Shown here piece after piece: positions 37,250 through 44,574 of a stretch of DNA of 44,574 nt. How positions within the stretch are numbered: position 1 is the first letter of the stretch; the number at the start of each line of letters is the position of its first letter. The stretch is from an uncultured Ectothiorhodospiraceae bacterium. GTDB taxonomy: Bacteria > Pseudomonadota > Gammaproteobacteria > HK1. The translations under genes and the position numbers were made by a program. The DNA lies in assembly GCA_964585725.1 (NCBI GenBank), contig CAZPFD010000003.1:1-44574 (forward strand). The letters run 5' to 3'. The notes under the pieces are model-generated. The model was not told the origin of the DNA, did no database searches, and saw only the letters and a list, made by a program, of their open reading frames with translations.

Positions 37250-37298
37250 GACCCTCGTGCCGGCGCCGAAGCCGCCCGCGGCGGCACGAGGCGCCCGC

Positions 37299-38171
37299 TC
37301 AGGCACCGAGCAACCCCGCTCCGGCGTCCGCCTGCCCGAAGACCCTGCGCATGTGCTCGGCCAGAAAGTCCACGGCCGACTCGTGGCCGGTGCCGCGGTG
37401 CAGGGCAATGGTGGCCGCCGGCAGCGGTGGGAAACCCTCATCCGCCCGCAGCACACGCACGCCCGGCGGCAGCGTGCCGCGCCCCAACACCCCGACGGCG
37501 AGACCCGCGGCCAGCGCGGCCTGGATGGCACCCACGCTCGGGCTCGTGTAGGCGATGCGGTAGCGGCGCCCGGCGTGATCCAGGGTGCGCAGCGCCCAGT
37601 CGCGGAACCAGCAGCCGGGCTGGAACAGCGCGAGGGGTACCGGATCGGACTCGTGCACCCGGTGGCGCTCCGAGGCGGCCCACACCGTGGGCTCCTGGCG
37701 CAGGATCTCGCCGCTCTCCTCCCCGGGGTCGCAGGTGACCAGGGCCAGGTCCAGCTCGCCCCCGTGCAGCGCGGAGACCAGGGCACGGCTGTCCTCACAG
37801 CGCACCTCGACCTGCACCCGGGGGTAGGTTTCCGCGAAGCGACCGAGCAGGCTCGGGACGAAGCACATGACGTAGTCGTCGGGGATCCCCAGGCGGACGA
37901 CCCCGAACAATCCCGGCTCGCGCAGCGCCCACAGCGCCTCGTCCTGGAGGTGGAGGATGCGACGGCTGTAGCCCAGCAGGGTCTCGCCGGCGGGGGTCAG
38001 AGCGACGCTCCTTCCTCCCCGCCGGAACAGGCGCCGCCCCACGGTCGCCTCCAGGCGCCTGATCTGCATGCTCACCGCGGACTGCGTGCGGTGCACGGTG
38101 CGCGCCGCCGCGGTGAATCCGCCCGTATCCACCACCGCGACGAAGGTCCTGAGCAGATCGGTATCCAACAT
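37299..38171 (-). CDS. LysR-family transcriptional regulator
   Basis: MLDTDLLRTFVAVVDTGGFTAAARTVHRTQSAVSMQIRRLE is the helix-turn-helix region, followed by a LysR substrate-binding domain. ATG at 38171 is preferred over the TTG track start at 38180. Confidence 0.85.
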   Translation of the reverse strand: MLDTDLLRTFVAVVDTGGFTAAARTVHRTQSAVSMQIRRLEATVGRRLFRRGGRSVALTPAGETLLGYSRRILHLQDEALWALREPGLFGVVRLGIPDDYVMCFVPSLLGRFAETYPRVQVEVRCEDSRALVSALHGGELDLALVTCDPGEESGEILRQEPTVWAASERHRVHESDPVPLALFQPGCWFRDWALRTLDHAGRRYRIAYTSPSVGAIQAALAAGLAVGVLGRGTLPPGVRVLRADEGFPPLPAATIALHRGTGHESAVDFLAEHMRRVFGQADAGAGLLGA

Positions 38172-38179
38172 GGCCGACA

Positions 38180-38194
38180 ATCATATTATTTGAT
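38180..38194. promoter_or_regulatory. candidate LysR-type box (ATC-N9-GAT, T-N11-A)
   Basis: ATCATATTATTTGAT lies in the AT-rich 96-bp divergent intergenic region between lysR and the permease gene. Further dyads follow (TGATG-N5-CATCA, TCATCA-N16-TGATGA). Confidence 0.35.
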
Positions 38195-38276
38195 GTCGTT
38201 CATCATAAAGATTCGTTGGACTGATGATCAATCCCGCCCCATATTCGCCGGTCGAGAACGAAGCAAGGACACGCAG

Positions 38277-39326
38277 ATGGCCACACCTGCCCGGACCACG
38301 GTGCGCCGCAGCCCTGCCGCTCGCGTGGATCCGGTGTGGGCGGCCCTGGGCCTGCTGTTCGCGACCCTGGCGCTGGTGGCACCGGGGCAGGCACTGGACA
38401 GCGCTCGCTTCACCGCCGGGAGCCTCCTCGCGCTGGGCCCCATTCTGGCGATGGCCGCGGCCCTGGTGGCCTGGCTGCGGGCGAGCGGTGCCGACGCTCG
38501 TGTGGCCCGCGTCTTCATCGGGCGCCCGGGGACCACCATCGGTCTGGCCTCGGTGGTGGGGACCTTCTCCCCCCTGTGCGGGATCGAGGTGATTCCCCTG
38601 GTCTCGGCCCTGCTCACCATGGGTGTTCCGCTGCCGCCCGTGATCGCGTTCTGGCTGGCTTCGCCGGTGACCGACCCGGCGATGCTGGTGGTCACCGCGG
38701 CTGCGCTGGGGATCGACTTCGCCGTCGCCAAGACCCTGGCTGCGGCGGCGCTCGGGCTGGCCGGAGGGCTTCTCACCCGCGCGCTTCAGGACCGCGGGAT
38801 CTTCGCCTCGCCCCTGCGCGCGCAGGCCCGGTTCTCCGGCCTCGGCCCCGCATGCAATGACGATGCCCCGGCCGCCATGGACGCGCGGATCTGGCGCCAT
38901 CCGGGGCGCCGCCGCACCTTCCTGCGCACCGCGAGCGCAACGGCGCTGCTGATGCTCCGATGGATGGCTCTGGCGTTCGCCGTGGAGAGCCTGATGCTCG
39001 CGTGGGTGCCGGCGGCGCGTATCGCCCAGTGGCTGGGCCATGACGCGTGGGCCATCCCGCTCGCGGTGCTGGTGGGCGCGCCGGCCTACGTGAACGGCTA
39101 CGCCGCCTTGCCCCTGACCGCGGGTCTGCTCGAGCTGGGAATGACGCCGGGCGCCGCCATGGCCTTCCTGATCGCGGGCGGCGTCACCAGCCTGCCCGCG
39201 GCCATGGCCGTGTACGCCTTCGTGCGCGTGCCGGTGTTCGTGTGGTATCTGGCCCTCGCCGTGCTCGGCTCGGGGGCCGCCGGTTTCGCGTTCGAAGCCT
39301 ACGTCTCGCTGCTCACCCCGTCCTGA
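38277..39326 (+). CDS. predicted permease (multi-pass membrane protein, UPF0718/ArsP-like)
   Basis: Start at ATG 38277 with AAGGA 7 nt upstream. 349 aa and highly hydrophobic. The upstream part of the 689-aa track ORF is antisense to lysR. Confidence 0.7.
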   Translation: MATPARTTVRRSPAARVDPVWAALGLLFATLALVAPGQALDSARFTAGSLLALGPILAMAAALVAWLRASGADARVARVFIGRPGTTIGLASVVGTFSPLCGIEVIPLVSALLTMGVPLPPVIAFWLASPVTDPAMLVVTAAALGIDFAVAKTLAAAALGLAGGLLTRALQDRGIFASPLRAQARFSGLGPACNDDAPAAMDARIWRHPGRRRTFLRTASATALLMLRWMALAFAVESLMLAWVPAARIAQWLGHDAWAIPLAVLVGAPAYVNGYAALPLTAGLLELGMTPGAAMAFLIAGGVTSLPAAMAVYAFVRVPVFVWYLALAVLGSGAAGFAFEAYVSLLTPS

Positions 39327-39492
39327 TCCACGTGGTCTTGAGCTGCGTGTATTTCTCCAGCGCATGCAGCGACTCGTCGCGGCCGAACCCCGACTGCTTG
39401 TAGCCGCCGAAGGGCACGGTGATGTCGCTCTCGTCGTAGTTGTTGACCCAGACCGTTCCCGCACGCAGCGCTCGCCTGAACCCCGGAGCGGG
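39313..39492 (-). pseudogene. 3' remnant of an aldehyde dehydrogenase gene (PuuC-like C-terminus)
   Basis: My translation of the minus strand gives FRRALRAGTVWVNNYDESDITVPFGGYKQSGFGRDESLHALEKYTQLKTTWIRTG*. This is the conserved ALDH C-terminal block. An in-frame TAG at 39493-39495 and the methyltransferase stop at 39508 leave no room for the other ~440 codons. Confidence 0.6.
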
Positions 39493-39507
39493 CTATTGCG
39501 ATCGCAT

Positions 39508-40377
39508 TCACTGTGGATTGCGGGCGCTGATCTTCCACGAGCTCGAGCTCATGACGATCCCTTCCGGGGTCTCGTAGCGCGCGAGCTCCGCTCGCAGGGC
39601 GCCGGCGATCTCCTCGTGTCGCTGCTCGGCCGTTTCGCCTGCCTCCCGGTACACCTCGCCGGCGGGTCCGAGCGCGAGCTGGAAGTCGACCGCGTCTTCC
39701 GGCGTTCTGCCGACGAGCAAAGGCGCGTCGATGCGCTCGAAGTCGATGTCGGCGTAGCCCGCGATCTCCAGCTGCTTCCTGACGACGTCCGGGTCGGCCA
39801 TCGAGAACGGGCCGGGCCCGCAGCTCCGGGCGTCCTCGCCCGGCGGCGGCAGGTACTGCAGGACGATCTCCTTGGGCAGCCCCAGCCAGGGATTGTCGTC
39901 GATCGTGCGCCATACGATCATGGTCATCACGCCTCCGGGCTTGAGCGCGGTGCGCATGTTCCTCAGTGCGGCGACCGGGTTCTCGAAGAACTGTGTGCCG
40001 AAGCGCGAGAAACAGAAGTCGTGCTCCGGCTCGAAGGGATAGGTCTGTACGTCGGCTTCCAGGAAGCGCACGTTCTCCAGCCCTTCGGCTGCCGCATCGG
40101 CGCGCCCGTACGCGAGGAAAGCGTCGCAGCAATCGATGCCCAGCACCGAGCCCCTGGGTCCGACTCGCCGGGCCAGCTCCATGGCCGTGTCGCCGAAGCC
40201 GCATCCCACATCGACGACGCGGTCGCCTTCCTTCACCTGCAGCGAAGGGAACACCTTCTCGCTGTGGTGGGTCAGCCCGTCGACCAGGATGTGTCGGAAT
40301 CGCACGAACTTGGGGACCAGGACCTCGTTCCAGAAATCCACGTATTCGTTGCCGCTCGAAGTAGCAGTTTCGGACAT
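39508..40377 (-). CDS. class I SAM-dependent methyltransferase
   Basis: Start at ATG 40377 preceded by GGAGGTGGAG. SAM motif I is VVDVGCGFGDTAMELA. 289 aa. Confidence 0.8.
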   Translation of the reverse strand: MSETATSSGNEYVDFWNEVLVPKFVRFRHILVDGLTHHSEKVFPSLQVKEGDRVVDVGCGFGDTAMELARRVGPRGSVLGIDCCDAFLAYGRADAAAEGLENVRFLEADVQTYPFEPEHDFCFSRFGTQFFENPVAALRNMRTALKPGGVMTMIVWRTIDDNPWLGLPKEIVLQYLPPPGEDARSCGPGPFSMADPDVVRKQLEIAGYADIDFERIDAPLLVGRTPEDAVDFQLALGPAGEVYREAGETAEQRHEEIAGALRAELARYETPEGIVMSSSSWKISARNPQ

Positions 40378-40587
40378 CTCCACCTCCAACCATGAGCGCG
40401 GCTCGGGCGAGCGAGTGTCTCGCGTCGCGGGCGCCCGCGACCACATGCGGCGCGCCACGCGGGCGTCCGCAAAGCACGGGGTTGTCCCGCGGCACCCGAG
40501 CCAAGGAAACCGAGGCCGCACTCGACCCGCGGGCTCGGGCGCGCCAGGTCATGCCCATCGTAGCTCCGAGAGCGCGACCTGCGATAG

Positions 40588-41865
<1,278 letters not shown>

Positions 41866-41991
41866 CCTCGCCGGCGGCGGCGCAGAGCGTGCTCCCTCGC
41901 TTGCACCGCCGGGGTGCTACGGGATCACCTTTGCCAGCCGATGTAGAGTGCAGCGGCCGATGATGAACACTCCCGTGCGAGCCACCTGCCG

Positions 41992-42654
41992 ATGGAAATG
42001 ACACAGCTTTTGGCGCCGGTAGCGCTGTTCGGCGCCGCCGGCCTGCTGTTGCTGATGCACTCCGCGAGCAGGGTGCGCCGGCGGCGCATGCTGGCCGCGT
42101 CGGGCAGCGGGCTGAGCGGCCTGTGCCTGCTCGCCCTGGGTGGGCTCGCAGCGGCGGTGGCGCTCAACCTGCATACCTACCAGCGCCTGACCCACGAGCA
42201 GGACGTGGCCACGCTCGCCTTTCGCGAGCGCGGACCCGAGCATTTCCAGGTCACCGTCGAGTACGCGGACAAGCGCCCGACCCAGCGTTATGCGCTGCAC
42301 GGCGACGAGTGGCAGCTCGACGCCCGCATCATCAAATGGCGCGGCACCGCGAACCTGCTGGGCCTGGACACCCTCTATCGCGTCGAGCGTTTGAGCGGTC
42401 GTTACCGCGACGTCGCCCGGGAGCGCACGGAGCGGCGCTCGGTCTTCGCCCTGGCCCCGCAGCCGGGACTGGACCTGTGGTCCGCGGCGCGCCGCTACGA
42501 GCGATGGCTGCCCTGGGTGGACGCGAGCTACGGCAGCGCCACCTACCTGCCCATGGCCGACGGCGCCCGCTACCAGGTGCGCGTGACGCAGTCGGGCCTG
42601 GTCGCACGCCCCGCCAACGCCGCCGCCCAACGCGCCGTCGCCGGCTGGCGGTAG
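41992..42654 (+). CDS. hypothetical membrane-anchored protein
   Basis: 220 aa. Two N-terminal hydrophobic helices, then a soluble domain (YALHGDEWQLDARIIKWRG...). Coding-like GC3 bias. No family recognised. Confidence 0.5.
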   Translation: MEMTQLLAPVALFGAAGLLLLMHSASRVRRRRMLAASGSGLSGLCLLALGGLAAAVALNLHTYQRLTHEQDVATLAFRERGPEHFQVTVEYADKRPTQRYALHGDEWQLDARIIKWRGTANLLGLDTLYRVERLSGRYRDVARERTERRSVFALAPQPGLDLWSAARRYERWLPWVDASYGSATYLPMADGARYQVRVTQSGLVARPANAAAQRAVAGWR

Positions 42655-42735
42655 CCACCCCGCGGCGCGTGCGCGCGCTCGGCCTATCCCGAGCGCTTCG
42701 GTCGCCGCCCTCAAATCACCTCCTCGGCAACTCGC

Positions 42736-44070
42736 TCAGACATCCGCCGCCCATCGGGCCAGGGACCTGTCCAGGCCATCGCGTGTCTGATAGTAAGCGC
42801 CTACCAAAGGCACGAACCAGGGATGCCCCGTGTAGAGGAACCGTGTCCGGAAGGACATGCCGTCGAAGGCACAGGCTCGGTTGCTGCGCCCGAGGATCTT
42901 GAGCGCGGTCTGGTGGCCCAGGTAACCCATCATGGCGACACCGCTGCCATTGCAGCCGAGGCAGTAGTGGATCGGCCCCTCGCGCCCCATGTGCGGCAGC
43001 CCGTCGAAGGTCATGGCCACGTTCCCGCACCACGCATGGGTGATCCGCACGCCGCGAAGCTGTGGAAAGACCGCGCACAGATAGTCGCAGACGTCGCTGG
43101 CGCCCCGGCGCAGGTCACGGTGCGCGAAGTGCGGGCGCCCGCCGAACAGCACGCGCGTGCCGTCGGGCGAGGGCCGGAAATAGTAGAGCATGCGCTTGGT
43201 GTCGGCGATCATGCGCAGGGCGGGGAAGAGCGCACGCACGCGCGCCTCGCCGATGGGCTCGGTGGCCACGATGTAGCTCGCGGCCGGCACCACACGCCGC
43301 CGGTGCCAGGGCGTAACCTTGCCGGTATAGCCGTTGGTGGCGATGATCGCCTCGCGCGCGCTCACCACACCCTTGGGCGTGACCACGGCCACGCCCTCGC
43401 CCCGACTCTCGATCCGGCGCACCGGCGCGTGGGCATGAAGCCCGGCGCCATAGCGCCGGCACGCGTCCAGGAGCCCACGGTGGTAGCGGGCCGGATGCAG
43501 GCCGCCGGCCCGCGCCACGCGCATGCCGCCGTAGTAATAGTCGCTCGCGATGTCCTCGTGCTGGCGCGCGCGGGGCACCATCTCCATGCCGAGATCGAGG
43601 ACGCGGCCGAGACGCTCGGCACGCCGCGCCAGCGCCTCGTACGCCCGGGGGCTGTGGGCGCCGACGAAGCGGCCCACACGGCCGTAGTCGCAGTCGATGC
43701 TCTCGCGGGCGATGATCTCTTCGAGGAACTGGTACGAGGCCAGGCCGTCCTCGAGCAGCGCACGCGCCTTGTCCGCGCCGTAGCGCGCGACCAGATCCGT
43801 GCCCTTGGCCACATTGATGCCCCCCGATACCATGCCGCCGTTGCGCGTGCTGGCGCCGAACCCCAAAGCGTCCGCTTCGAGCACGCTGACGCGGATGCCG
43901 CTGCGCGCGAGCTCGAGCGCCGCGCAGAGCCCGGCGTACCCGCTGCCCACCACGGCGACGTCGGTGTCCTCGGGCACGGGATCGGTTCCCTCCGCGACCG
44001 GGGCCGCCGCCTCCCACCAGTACGGGCCGGGCTTGAACTCGGGGGCGAAGATGGTGCTCGCTGGTGTCAT
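42736..44070 (-). CDS. FAD-dependent oxidoreductase (DAO family, gamma-glutamylputrescine oxidase-like)
   Basis: Start at ATG 44070 (MTPASTIFAPEFKPGPYWWE). Dinucleotide-binding motif DVAVVGSGYAGLCAALELARSG. 444 aa. Confidence 0.8.
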   Translation of the reverse strand: MTPASTIFAPEFKPGPYWWEAAAPVAEGTDPVPEDTDVAVVGSGYAGLCAALELARSGIRVSVLEADALGFGASTRNGGMVSGGINVAKGTDLVARYGADKARALLEDGLASYQFLEEIIARESIDCDYGRVGRFVGAHSPRAYEALARRAERLGRVLDLGMEMVPRARQHEDIASDYYYGGMRVARAGGLHPARYHRGLLDACRRYGAGLHAHAPVRRIESRGEGVAVVTPKGVVSAREAIIATNGYTGKVTPWHRRRVVPAASYIVATEPIGEARVRALFPALRMIADTKRMLYYFRPSPDGTRVLFGGRPHFAHRDLRRGASDVCDYLCAVFPQLRGVRITHAWCGNVAMTFDGLPHMGREGPIHYCLGCNGSGVAMMGYLGHQTALKILGRSNRACAFDGMSFRTRFLYTGHPWFVPLVGAYYQTRDGLDRSLARWAADV

Positions 44071-44137
44071 GGGCGGTCGCCGCGCGCAGGGCTCGAGAAC
44101 CACATTCTCACACAGGCGGCCTACCGTGCGCCCATCC

Positions 44138-44574
44138 ATGAGCGACCGAAGCGCGCTTGCGCGCCCCGTCCTCGCGGGCGCGGCGCTCGTCCTGCTCGCC
44201 GGGTGCGCGCTGGCGCCGCGCTATGATGGTCCCATGAGCGATCACTACGACGGCACGCGCTTTCACAATCCGGATCCGATCGAACGCGGGTTCTTCGATT
44301 TCCTGCGCTGGCAGATGACCCGCGACCCCGGCGAGTGGGAGCTGCAGCTGGAGGCGGCGCCGGCACCGCCTCCGCCGCGGACGGTGCCCTCGGAGCAGGT
44401 GCGCGTGACCCTGATCAACCACGCCACGGTGCTCGTGCAGACGGCGGGGCTCAACGTGCTCACGGACCCCCACTGGTCGGAGCGGGCGAGCCCCCTCGCC
44501 TGGATCGGCCCCCGGCGTCATCGTCCGCCCGGGGTGCGCTTCGACGACTTGCCTCCGATCCACGCGGTGCTGAT
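44138..44574 (+). CDS. MBL-fold metallo-hydrolase lipoprotein (3' end truncated by window edge)
   Basis: Hand translation from ATG 44138 gives MSDRSALARPVLAGAALVLLAGC (lipobox), then HYDGTRFHNPDP...VRVTLINHATVLVQTAGLNVLTDPHWSERASP, typical of the N-terminal part of NAPE-PLD-like MBL-fold hydrolases. Absent from the track because no stop codon lies in the window. Confidence 0.6.
   Translation, partial: MSDRSALARPVLAGAALVLLAGCALAPRYDGPMSDHYDGTRFHNPDPIERGFFDFLRWQMTRDPGEWELQLEAAPAPPPPRTVPSEQVRVTLINHATVLVQTAGLNVLTDPHWSERASPLAWIGPRRHRPPGVRFDDLPPIHAVL

Overview
High-GC chromosomal window, probably from a diderm proteobacterium (taxon not determinable here). No rRNA, tRNA, CRISPR array, transposase or integrase was recognised. 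There are three blocks. (1) 1-10.35 kb holds PHA and fatty-acid genes: phaB and phaR, divergent from a fadE / hydroxyacyl-CoA dehydrogenase-hydratase / thiolase / aldolase-SDR operon, with a 67-nt perfect hairpin inside the operon. (2) ~10.45-29.9 kb is a visibly lower-GC island encoding a type IV filament (MSHA/T2SS-like) machine. It contains a GspE-type ATPase, a GspF platform protein, five (pseudo)pilins and a PilM/N/O plus MshK-like alignment module. No secretin, prepilin peptidase or retraction ATPase lies inside the island. Signalling genes are interleaved with it: a sensor kinase, three receiver domains, a membrane GGDEF cyclase, a GAF-GGDEF(degenerate)-EAL protein, a DHp-DHp-REC-class III adenylate cyclase and an FHA protein. 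The ATPase carries an N-terminal STAS domain plus a textbook tandem MshEN c-di-GMP-binding motif. Two pilins carry unusual cargo (Ca-binding TSP3-like repeats; a DNRLRE-like domain plus beta-propeller). A perfect CRP half-site palindrome sits at the island edge. This island is the best candidate for an undescribed system. (3) 30-44.6 kb is housekeeping or miscellaneous: DUF4124, maeB, a VWA plus membrane J-protein pair, a 166-bp MITE-like palindromic element, alaX, DUF465, a PAP2 lipoprotein, LysR plus a divergent permease, a PuuC-like aldehyde dehydrogenase 3' remnant, a methyltransferase, frmA/adhC, a membrane protein, an FAD oxidoreductase and a truncated MBL-fold lipoprotein gene. Many long track ORFs are antisense or out-of-frame shadows typical of high-GC DNA and were discarded. 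All domain calls come from motif recognition by eye, not database searches.
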